From Hydractinia symbiolongicarpus (taxonomy: Eukaryota), in contig NC_079879.1 of the NCBI RefSeq assembly GCF_029227915.1, positions 12,260,720-12,318,416 of the forward strand: 57,697 nucleotides of DNA, given 5' to 3'. Below are positions 49,988 to 57,697 of this stretch, in pieces. The notes beneath the pieces were generated by a model that saw nothing but the letters and a program-made list of their open reading frames with translations, was not told where the DNA came from and ran no database searches. Within the stretch, counting starts at the first letter, position 1, and every line of letters begins with the position of its first letter. The position numbers and the translations under genes were made by a program.

Positions 49988-50263
49988 ATGATCACTGAAC
50001 AATCAAAACAAGAGAGGGTTATAACAAAACCAGTGAAACACCCTGGGAGAGTAGCCCAAGGCCACAGACTAGCGGCACTGATAAGGGAGAGAAAGCTTGG
50101 AAGAGCTCCGCCCAAGAAAGACCCCATGACGTTTAGAGAGTTCTTAAGATACTTTGAGAGAGATTTAAATACTCCTGAAGTCATACTCACGGGGATAAAA
50201 GAGACTGTGGAGATGCTAGAGGAACAGGGTCTATCCCTCTATCTGAATGTAAAAAAGAAGTGA
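49988..50263 (+). CDS. Small basic protein P1 (91 aa)
   Basis: ATG in the context 'gttataaaaaATGatc'. N-terminal motif 'QERVITKPVKHPGRVAQGHRLAALIRERK', shared with the adjacent paralog. Confidence 0.5.
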   Translation: MITEQSKQERVITKPVKHPGRVAQGHRLAALIRERKLGRAPPKKDPMTFREFLRYFERDLNTPEVILTGIKETVEMLEEQGLSLYLNVKKK

Positions 50264-50292
50264 TTTGTTACAGGTCTTACGGCCTATAACAA

Positions 50293-50626
50293 TTGAGTGA
50301 AGAGACTACCCAAGTAATCACCAAGAAAAACGAAGGACGTGTTGCTGCTGGTAAGAGACTTGCGGAATGGAATCGCAAGAACAAGGCCGACTTGAAAAAG
50401 AACATGGGCAAAGGTACTTTGCAGGATGGTCAGGAACCTGCGGCAGGTTCCTCCAAGTCCATGGGAAGAATATATATTGGTGGAGGCCTTATTATCATGT
50501 ATCGGAGGTGTCATATATTTTATCCGTAAAAAACCCGCGGGTACTCAGCAGCCTGCTGCAGTGGCTCAGCAACCAAGCGTTAGGCAGGAGCCTAAGGCAG
50601 ATATTGATATTTTTCACACGAGATAG
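50293..50626 (+). pseudogene. Paralog P2 of the small basic protein (TTG at the start position, C-terminal frameshift)
   Basis: 'MSEETTQVITKKNEGRVAAGKRLAEWNRKNK' aligns with P1. The start position is TTG ('cctataacaaTTGagt', against 'ataaaaaATG' in P1). The frame then shifts into 50426-50626, which encodes a TM-like 'EALLSCIGGVIYFIRKK'. Confidence 0.4.
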
Positions 50627-50637
50627 GCCTATAATAA

Positions 50638-50886
50638 ATGTCAAACGTAAGTCCTCAGCAAAAGGAGATTATAGACATGATTTATGAGACAGTCGTGGAT
50701 CTTGGGTTCACAATTGGATATGCAATGGTTGGGAAGAAATTCCTTGAGATCTCGAGTCCTTCGACTAAGTTGGATACCAGCGACGTTATGAAAATGGTAG
50801 CGTATTCCACCGCAGGGCGAGGCAGTCGTGAGATGGCAGTTAGCAAGGGGTGGTTGCCCGCGAGTATAGTCCCAAAACCCAAGTAA
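50638..50886 (+). CDS. Small hypothetical protein (82 aa)
   Basis: ATG in the context 'cctataataaATGtca'. Confidence 0.35.
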   Translation: MSNVSPQQKEIIDMIYETVVDLGFTIGYAMVGKKFLEISSPSTKLDTSDVMKMVAYSTAGRGSREMAVSKGWLPASIVPKPK

Positions 50887-50901
50887 GCACCTTACTCAAA
50901 C

Positions 50902-51350
50902 ATGTTGGATATTGTTAAAGAACCTCATACAGCGATATTTACCGGGCCTACGTCGTGCGGTAAAACTCAAAGAGTTCTGGCCATGCATGAGCATGAGTAC
51001 AGGGGACAATTCCACAATATCGTTATACTCTGTCCTACTCTCCGCTGGAATGCCACTTATCTCGATAGACCATCGCTTTGGAAAGATCCTTATGTATTTC
51101 TTATTGATCCAGGTGATAATTTGTTCGATTGGATCGAGAAACTATCATCTCTGCTGGCAGGCGAAGAGAGCTTGTTTATCGTAGATGATATCATCGCTAA
51201 TGAATCTCTCGACTAACGAAGGCAACCTTGCTCGAGTTAGCAATATCTGGTAGACATCGAAGGCACTCAATATGGCTCTTGACTCAATCATACACGGCAA
51301 TTCCAAAAAATCTCCGCCGACAGAAAAAGCAGCTGTTTGGATGGTGAGAC
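50902..51350 (+). pseudogene. A32/FtsK-HerA-like DNA-packaging ATPase, split by a frameshift
   Basis: 50902-51216 carries Walker A 'FTGPTSCGKTQ' and Walker B 'SLFIVDDII'. Continuation in another frame after 51216: 'KATLLELAISGRHRRHSIWLLTQSYTAIPKNLRRQ' (the A32-like 'SGRH...Q.Y..IPK..R.N' region). Confidence 0.65.
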
Positions 51351-51459
51351 CAACCTTATCGAAGATTGGGAGTCGATCAAAAACCAGTTGAAAAAATCAA
51401 AGCATGCGTGCCTATATATTCGTCTCGAGCATCCTCGGAATTGGAGTACATTAGAATAA

Positions 51460-51648
51460 ATGGCATACATCAGAACATTAAAACAACAGCTGAAGGCCTG
51501 TCACGAAGAAATGGACAAAATACCCTATCTAGAATCTCAACTGGAAGCTCTTGATGAAGAGCTAAGGTATGCATTAGAAAGGGAAAGGAATACCAAGTAT
51601 TTTTTTATAACCGTCCTACTCATTGTGACCCTGGTTGGGGTAATGTAA
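51460..51648 (+). CDS. Small coiled-coil protein with a C-terminal transmembrane anchor (62 aa)
   Basis: ATG in the context 'tagaataaATGgca'. '...LEALDEELRYALERE...' then 'FFITVLLIVTLVGVM'. Confidence 0.4.
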   Translation: MAYIRTLKQQLKACHEEMDKIPYLESQLEALDEELRYALERERNTKYFFITVLLIVTLVGVM

Positions 51649-51657
51649 ATAATAAAA

Positions 51658-52464
51658 ATGTCCTTACTTGCTTTAAACACATTACCTGCTGGAGCTATTG
51701 AGACTTTATTCGATGCGCAAGATCAGCCTCTTTTTAAACGTGCTGATCTTGGGAGATTCTTGAGAATTATTGATATAAGAACATCTTGTAGAGCTCTAAA
51801 TATAGTGGAGAAGACGCGTATAGAGCCAAATGCTCAGGACCCGGCATGGTATGCCGGGCCAAAGGAAACTAAAAATCCTCACGATGTATTCATCTCCTTG
51901 GACGGTGCTCTTGAGATTTGTGTACATTCAAGAAAACCAAAGGCTCTTGAAATTATGAGAATGCTGGCGTCGAAAGGGATTGAAAAATTACAAGAAACCA
52001 TCGAAGAGCATCATCAAGCTCTTGCAATACTTAGCGATGACCTAAAGGATAGGGACGTAACTATAGCAAACCTTCAGGAGGATCTTCAGGAAAGAGAAAA
52101 CCAACTCGACCTACGAACATTGGAAATTGCGGGACTCCATCAAAGATACGTACCACATGCCAATGATGCGGGCAAGGAAAATGTTATTATGATTTTTCGC
52201 AAACATACAAAACCGGAAGACGATAAATACCACCATCTTCCGTATTACTGTGCCGCGTACAAAAACGGGCAATCTTCAAGAGAAAACGATGGATCAGGGC
52301 TCAATATCCTGAGTCTGAAGAAACTGTTGCTATTGATAATGCAAATGGCATGCATGCGTTTAATCGGTTTGAAGAGGAAGGACATATGGAGCGATACATA
52401 TGCCACTTCAGGCTTATTGGTCTTACTCGCGAGCATTTATATGACCTGGGAGATCCGACATTAG
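51658..52464 (+). CDS. Bro-N (baculovirus repeated ORF N-terminal / KilA-N-like) DNA-binding domain protein with a C-terminal coiled coil (268 aa)
   Basis: ATG in the context 'aaataataaaaATGtcc'. The N-terminal ~110 aa ('LFKRADLGRFLRIIDI...DVFISLDGALEICVHSRKPKALEIMRMLASKGI') matches the Bro-N pattern (...GLY.LI..SRKP.AK.F..W...). A heptad-rich region follows ('LQETIEEHHQALAILSDDLKDRDVTIANLQEDLQERENQL'). Confidence 0.6.
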   Translation: MSLLALNTLPAGAIETLFDAQDQPLFKRADLGRFLRIIDIRTSCRALNIVEKTRIEPNAQDPAWYAGPKETKNPHDVFISLDGALEICVHSRKPKALEIMRMLASKGIEKLQETIEEHHQALAILSDDLKDRDVTIANLQEDLQERENQLDLRTLEIAGLHQRYVPHANDAGKENVIMIFRKHTKPEDDKYHHLPYYCAAYKNGQSSRENDGSGLNILSLKKLLLLIMQMACMRLIGLKRKDIWSDTYATSGLLVLLASIYMTWEIRH

Positions 52465-52635
52465 AAGATTAGAGAGCGTGGTTTTGTGTGTTCATAGCAC
52501 ACAAAATCGAGAAATATTACCATTCCCTAACATATTCTGGCGGTACCTCAGCACCCTCGGGAATCAACATGAGCTCCTCCGCCACAAAACTTCGATCAGG
52601 ACCTCCATCGAGATAATATAGGAGACGGGTACCAG

Positions 52636-53934
52636 TTACGATACGGTCGAGTCTATACGTACGCTTTGACCACCACGCATCAGTCGCGCGTCTTTTGGCA
52701 TCCCCATGTTCCTCACCAGGCTGTAGGAGATATAAATATAAGCCGTCTTCTGGTAATGTGTTTTCCTCGGGTGCTTCTCACTTTTCGCGAGTGGTACTTC
52801 ATCAAGCTTGATCGCTTTTGAAGGTTTCATTCCAATCATCGCGGTCTTGGTGTTGTTCATGGTTTTCACAATATTGTACAAGTGCTTGACCCATGTGGTA
52901 CTAGTTTCGTCAGATGCAAGCTCTTGCGCATCCTCGGGCTTGAAGAGCCTTTGTGCGAGTACTTTGTTGTAGGACTCCACGAACGCTGTGAACGCATGGT
53001 GATATTTAGTAGTTGCCCGGTTGATGGAAACGCGTTTGGATTCCAACAGCTTACTCACATCAGACTTGAACTAACTACCATTATCGCATTGGAAGGTCTT
53101 GGGGTATCGTAAAGGTCCTGCTTTATAAATATCCTTGATATATCCTTAAAATATCCTTCTTAGTACGTAATGGCCTCGCTACCTTATACCTTGAGGCCAC
53201 GTCAATACCCGTCAAAATGTACTTATAGGTGTTTCCATAGACTTTGTCATGGGGCATGTAGAGCAAGTTAATGCATCTCGTTGGGCTTTGTGATTGTGAA
53301 ATGTGGGTAGTTGATGCGCTTGGGCCCTTTGATATGTCGGAGGCAGAGCAACTGACGACCAGTGCATTACTCTCTTTTTTGATAGGCCAGAGTTTTCAGC
53401 GAGCAGTTTGATCGCTTTCCGTCCAGTCCAGAGATTTTCTGGAGAATAGTAGATTTGACTAAGCTTTTCAGCTTCCTCCCCGGTAATGATATGTGCTTTT
53501 GTTTTCGACATCTTTATTATACATGTCGAAAACGATTGCGCCCATTTGTACGCCGCAAAACCCAAAAGGGCTAAGGAGCCAAGAATGAACGTCAGTTCAC
53601 CGTCTTTTTGCTGCTTTGAGGGTGTATAAATATCTGAGAGCTTTGGGGCCCTATCGATAGTAGCAATGAAATACTTTCTCATTCCTTCGTCCAATTCCTT
53701 CAAATCTTCACCAGCTTGCCTTTGCTCCTCCCTTCTCTTATTGTACGTATCAATTTTTGCTTGTCTGTCACGCACCCATTGAGCTTGGGCAGCTTGAAGT
53801 TTTTCTACCGCTAAATCGTGCCTTTTCCGCTCTTCTTCACCATGACCTGAGAGTTTACTGAATAGGAAATTAGAGCCACTAAAGGCCAATGCGTTAATCG
53901 CTGTACCTGCTACGAGCATATCAATTGTTGCCAT
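52636..53934 (-). pseudogene. Retroviral-type (rve) DDE integrase, frameshifted with an internal stop; read through in-frame from an upstream 141-aa membrane/coiled-coil segment
   Basis: Likely integrase ATG at 53509-53511 (minus), context 'gtataataaagATGtcg', giving 'MSKTKAHIITGEEAEKLSQIYYSPENLWTGRKAIKLLAENSGLSKKRVMHWSSVALPPTYQ...'. This resembles the Polinton/Ty3-type integrase N-terminus (YYDP..GF.....L...A......+.+..V..WL..Q). A frame switch leads to 'LTGIDVASRYKVARPL' (catalytic D1). A second switch leads to 'KTFQCDNGS*FKSDVSKLLESKRV...' (D2, with a TAG stop in the DNGSEF motif) and then 'FTAFVESYNKVLAQ' (catalytic E). The track ORF 53212-53934 starts with 'MATIDMLVAGTAINALAFSG...', which has 2 hydrophobic segments and a coiled coil. 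Confidence 0.7.
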
Positions 53935-53977
53935 TTATTTTGTAGACCCAAGGCCTACAAAAACAAATTTTGATCTC

Positions 53978-55189
53978 TTAATATTCTACACTGTGGAACC
54001 TGCCATCCAGGATGTTTAATTGCGCGTCTTGGATAAGGAAGACGTAGCACCTAACGTCTCCATTGCCATCCGCTTTTTTCGTCATGTGCAGGGTTATACC
54101 GTCCCATAACCTTTGCAGAGGCCGCCCACTACCATGTAGGCCCCGATCATGTGTTGCCCTGAAATCAATGAATAGCGCATAGCGCTTGGTGAAAAATTGA
54201 CCTATGGTCACTTCACTATCATGGCACCCAAATAATTTAACGATCTGCTGCAAATGATCTCGAGGGAGCATAGAATGTGAATACCGTGACAGAAATCTTT
54301 TCGATTTTGGGATTGTAGAATTGCTCATTGACACCCGCATAAGCCTTGGATACTTCAGGATCGACGAATAGTAGTAATATACCCACCAAGGATTTAGCAG
54401 GGGTATCGACTTGGAGATTGTAGGATGTATCACTTTTCTTCATAGTCACCACTTTACTCCTCAATACTCGTTCGTATGGTAGGGCAAGGCGGCTGTATTG
54501 CGACATCATAGCGCTCGCCAGATCCTCATTACTAATTGTTCAAACTCGAGCGAAATGTTAGAGATTTTGTATGTAGCGTCAGCTGCCTTGGCTGCGGTTG
54601 AGCCTGCGGCTGGTGTACCGGCATCCTTGATGACTTGATCGTATGAAGCGAAATGTAGAACGAACTTTAGCCTATCGTGGAGTCCATGTTGATAAAACGG
54701 GGGATCTCTCGTCAACTCGAACATTTTCCCCAACGGAATACAAAAAGTGTTTCCGTAAGCCGCGGCTATAGCACGCTCCTCATTTGTTCCTACATGATCA
54801 GACGCTTTTACCTGCAACGCACGGATTGTTCCATCATTTGGATTTATGCCCTCCAAAATCAGGTTATTTTCCCGATTGAATTTTGATATCCATAGATCAC
54901 GGTAGACATTGAATACATTATAATCTGCAATATGCTGGACCTCATTCCCATTCAAAGTAATACGTAGGTCACGCACCAGGGCCTTCCCAATATTGCTAAC
55001 GAGCGTTCTTTTCGTGTTGGTGCCGGTCAGTTCCATATCAAATAGTAGCCGGATACTCCCAGGAAATATAATATCGTCTCGACCAATCGTGGACGGTACA
55101 TGACTCACTTTAACCCGCTGCCTCTTGCCTATGACAGCGAGCATAGTCTTGACTTTCTGATAAGGGTTTAGTCTTCCAAAAACACTCAT
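53978..55189 (-). pseudogene. Candidate major capsid protein gene (~400 aa) split into 3 ORFs (54506-55189, 54237-54509, 53978-54433)
   Basis: ATG at 55187-55189 in the context 'cctaaataaATGagt'. Beta-rich composition ('DDIIFPGSIRLLFDMELTG...LRITLNGNEVQHIADYNVFNVYRDLW'). The size and position match the virion module of Polintons. The assignment is by position and composition only, with no motif-level proof. Confidence 0.3.
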
Positions 55190-55218
55190 TTATTTAGGTA
55201 GTCTGGTGGTTGAAATAA

Positions 55219-55677
55219 ATGGCTGATAATCTGGGATATGAAGATGACTTTACGCCAGAGGAAGATATTCAAGACGAAGCCGAGGAGTTTAGTAGCGAGA
55301 GCGAGATCCTTCGGCCCAAGCCTGATGTCAGCCTAACGCCAGGACAACAGCAGGGAGGTGCGCGTAGGCGATTGGATGTGGGGCTGGGGGAACAGAATTT
55401 AGAGAAAACCGTCGACGATCTTTATGCTAAACTTAGTGAGCATTTAGGATTAAGGCTGTCAACCGATAAAAATTATCATTATTTTAGGGCCGATGAGGGT
55501 AAAAAGCTTGTTTTTAGACAGATGACGAAAGGGGAACGGGTCTATAAAGAGATAGTTCTTACGACTATGACCGGTGAGTTAAGAGCTATTACAGCCATAG
55601 AGACGGACTTAGGACCTACGCGTCTAAAGGCCTTAGGTTTTACCGGCTATGTTACACCAAAAAAGGCAGTAAAATGA
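55219..55677 (+). CDS. Hypothetical protein with an acidic N-terminus (152 aa)
   Basis: ATG in the context 'gaaataaATGgct'. Confidence 0.35.
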   Translation: MADNLGYEDDFTPEEDIQDEAEEFSSESEILRPKPDVSLTPGQQQGGARRRLDVGLGEQNLEKTVDDLYAKLSEHLGLRLSTDKNYHYFRADEGKKLVFRQMTKGERVYKEIVLTTMTGELRAITAIETDLGPTRLKALGFTGYVTPKKAVK

Positions 55678-55970
55678 GAAGTCAAAAACTCCTGAATGAT
55701 ATTGATATCATCAATGACAACCCTGGTGACATCGAGATGCTGCCGCTACTAGAGAATGTAATAGATGATGCGAAGAGCCTGATGGAGGATGCTTCCTTTA
55801 CCGAAGCCTTAGAAGAACGTGAAAGAAAGGGGGTTAACCGCGAGCTTCAGACTCTCAACGGTAAACTGAAGAGGTTAAAGATAAAGAAAGCTACACCAGG
55901 TGTATCCGAGGAGCAACAAAAAATTAAGGACATCCACAATCAGCTGAGGCGATTAAGGAGACCCTCATGA
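55674..55970 (+). CDS. Small coiled-coil protein (98 aa)
   Basis: ATG in the context 'cagtaaaATGaga'. Overlaps the neighbouring ORFs by 4 nt (ATGA). Confidence 0.35.
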   Translation: MRSQKLLNDIDIINDNPGDIEMLPLLENVIDDAKSLMEDASFTEALEERERKGVNRELQTLNGKLKRLKIKKATPGVSEEQQKIKDIHNQLRRLRRPS

Positions 55971-56374
55971 AAATAGCTGGAAATGACACATCCCTACGGG
56001 AGAAATTGATCATTTTGGTCAAAGAGCAGGGGCTCACTATCGCGAGCATCACCTCAGCTGTTGGTCTACTGGTCTCTACCATCGTGCTCGCCGTCACCGG
56101 AGGAAGTGCAGGCGCCGTAGGAAGTACAAGAGGAGGTGGTGGTAGCAAAAGGTTTGTAAGAAAGCAGTTGGAGAGACTGGGAAAATTCCTGAAGTATCTA
56201 GCAGGCAAGGCCGGGGCAGCATTACCAGGGATCATTAGCAGCGTGGTGTCGTTCTTTTTCAGAGTTGCAGCGAGAGTTGTCGAATTCGCAGCAAAGCACT
56301 TGTATATGGCCTTGGCTGCCGCTGTGGGTATTGTTGTTGCGTATGTAAGTAACAGGAGGAGTAAGAATCGATGA
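55967..56374 (+). CDS. Membrane protein with 2-3 TM segments and a Gly-rich loop (135 aa)
   Basis: 'LTIASITSAVGLLVSTIVLAVTGGSAGAVGSTRGGGGSKRF...AALPGIISSVVSFFF...LAAAVGIVVAYV'. Confidence 0.35.
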   Translation: MKIAGNDTSLREKLIILVKEQGLTIASITSAVGLLVSTIVLAVTGGSAGAVGSTRGGGGSKRFVRKQLERLGKFLKYLAGKAGAALPGIISSVVSFFFRVAARVVEFAAKHLYMALAAAVGIVVAYVSNRRSKNR

Positions 56375-56405
56375 AGAGTCTAGTATGTTGTTCAACACAT
56401 TAGAC

Positions 56406-56966
56406 CTATTTCTTCATCCAGATGAAAGCGAGGATAAGTCCTACTCCTACCGTAACCAGCGTGGCTTTGGTATCCTCGTGAACAGCAGCTTCCTTGGAGG
56501 ATGGTGGAGGGAGGGGTATATCATGTACCTGCTTCCTTGCTATGGGATTGGCAACAGTATGCGGAGCGTTAATATTGGGATTGATACCAATCTTGAAATG
56601 GTCCTGACTAATCAAGATCCTGTTGTTAAATCCAGCCACATTTCCGATCCTCAGTGACATATCGCTTGTGATCATATATACGCCACGAGCAACACTATAG
56701 TCGAACTTGCTTCGTGCATATCTGAGTACGTTCTCGAATTCACTAATCTCTCTACCTTTATTTGTAGGTCTAATCCCCAGCTGTTCAAAGGTCGTCAAGT
56801 AAAGCCGTTGAGCATCGATAGAACTGCCTTGATTACCAATAATTCCTGATCGCGCATTGGCTTGGGACTCCAAAATCAAATACGGGTAGCATCGCACACT
56901 TTGCAATAACTTTTCAATACCAATACTGGTAAAGCCTTTGCTATTTTCCATGATCCTCCTCCTCAT
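56406..56966 (-). CDS. Hypothetical virion-module protein (186 aa); possible minor capsid/penton candidate
   Basis: Intact minus-strand ORF with ATG at 56964-56966. No motif was recognised. Confidence 0.25.
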   Translation of the reverse strand: MRRRIMENSKGFTSIGIEKLLQSVRCYPYLILESQANARSGIIGNQGSSIDAQRLYLTTFEQLGIRPTNKGREISEFENVLRYARSKFDYSVARGVYMITSDMSLRIGNVAGFNNRILISQDHFKIGINPNINAPHTVANPIARKQVHDIPLPPPSSKEAAVHEDTKATLVTVGVGLILAFIWMKK

Positions 56967-57396
56967 GATCCGGCATCAAAATACGAAGGTCCCGCACCGG
57001 GAAAATCTTTACGTTTGGCTTGCCAACTACTGAACAACGTTTCATTTTCCCATTCATGCTCACTTGGAAATACTCCAAATACACGGCACGTACAAGGGGT
57101 AATGGAGACGTTAGATGCTGCATCGATATCCCACAACCTGATGTTGCAGCGAGTACAGCAAAGTTCAATTGTGTTCACCAGAGGCTGAAAGGGTGGGTCC
57201 TCCAATCATTAATCGGAGGATTACTATGAAAAACATAGTCCACAAAGATATCGGGAAACCGTACTTTAAATGACGAGCCTTTCGCATCAACAACGATAGA
57301 TTGCACAATGAGATCAGAGCCCTTTAACTGCTCCAGGTACCTGCCATGATTGGGGACATATTTTGCTCTTGAGTTGTACGAATATAGTTGCTTCAT
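56941..57396 (-). pseudogene. Fragmented minus-strand ORFs; speculative adenain/Ulp1-like cysteine protease remnant
   Basis: 'QPLVNTIE...' (frame 56963-57205) and 'AVLAATSGCGISMQHL' (frame 56941-57168, TTG start) resemble the adenain 'VNT..' and 'Q..S.SCG.F' contexts. Weak. Confidence 0.15.
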
Positions 57397-57697
57397 GTTT
57401 CTTAAAGAAAGATGCGACAGTTATATATAACCGACATTTCGAACCCCACGATATTTGAGAATTACCTAGGAGAGGACACGAGGATCGCTCTAAAATCCAT
57501 AAGTATTCGGTTGAACCTCTACAGTAACAACGATTTTACTATCCGTAAGGTAGGGCCCGATCAGACGGTTACTCGAATTGAAATAATGAATGGGTTGTAC
57601 AAGATCGAGGATTTAGCGAGTATCGTCAACAGTCAGGCACAGGGCAAGGTACAACTTTTTGTTCTGAAAAATGGACTCTGCAGGCTACGTGTTAATG

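Larger units (their letters stand above)
44880..57697. mobile_element. Polinton/Maverick-like (polintovirus/adintovirus-like) integrated virus-like element, left portion only (continues beyond the window); partly decayed
   Basis: The hallmark trio is present: a pPolB (motif A 'YDANMLYPS', motif C 'YIYVDTDS'), an rve DDE integrase ('GIDVASRY','QCDNGS','FVESYN') and an A32/FtsK-like ATPase (Walker A 'GPTSCGKT', Walker B 'LFIVDDI'). It also carries a Bro-N protein, small basic proteins, membrane proteins and minus-strand capsid/protease candidates. ORFs are closely packed, with short intergenic regions and no introns. The left boundary is approximate and the right end is not in the window. Confidence 0.8.

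Noticed and set aside
50912-51184. 90-aa ORF overlapping the ATPase in another frame
   Set aside because: The Walker A/B frame (50902-51216) is clearly the coding frame.
54506-54509. ATGA stop/start overlap between capsid-candidate fragments; considered as translational coupling
   Set aside because: The context is eukaryotic, and the neighbouring ORFs continue a single beta-rich protein, so a frameshift is more plausible.

Overview
The window is AT-rich metazoan nuclear DNA; the gene content (Notum, TRABD, an MFSD8-like transporter, a PAN+fibrinogen protein and an orphan class-A GPCR) suggests a cnidarian-like invertebrate. Host genes are intronless ORFs for an MFSD8/CLN7-like MFS transporter on the minus strand, a TraB-domain protein, a PAN/apple+fibrinogen-related protein and a rhodopsin-like GPCR, plus a multi-exon Notum/pectin-acetylesterase-family gene on the minus strand that the ORF track does not show as one unit. 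Repeats and transposon remnants are dense: a tRNA-derived SINE family (three copies, two forming an inverted pair), a degenerate LTR-retrotransposon gag-pol remnant with 66-bp flanking direct repeats, a 1.1-kb non-autonomous DNA transposon with 59-bp TIRs and a target-site duplication, a 5'-truncated LINE RT tail, a 122-bp x5 tandem array, long palindromes and a ~0.6-kb direct-repeat pair. The main object starts at ~44.9 kb and runs past the window end (>=12.8 kb, truncated): a Polinton/Maverick-like (polintovirus/adintovirus-like) integrated virus-like element. It has a protein-primed family-B DNA polymerase (DxxSLYPS-like and YxDTDS motifs) broken by frameshifts, an rve-type DDE integrase (all three catalytic motifs visible, but frameshifted and with a stop), an A32/FtsK-like packaging ATPase (Walker A/B, frameshifted), a Bro-N protein, a paralogous pair of small basic proteins, membrane proteins and capsid/protease candidates on the minus strand. 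Its left end carries a duplicated adenovirus-ITR-like CATCATCAAC motif. At least 10 of its ORFs, on both strands, start within a conserved ATAA(A)ATG / TATAATAAAGATG context resembling poxvirus/NCLDV late 'TAAATG' initiators. The ORF track uses alternative (TTG/GTG) starts for some entries, so ATG starts were checked where they mattered.
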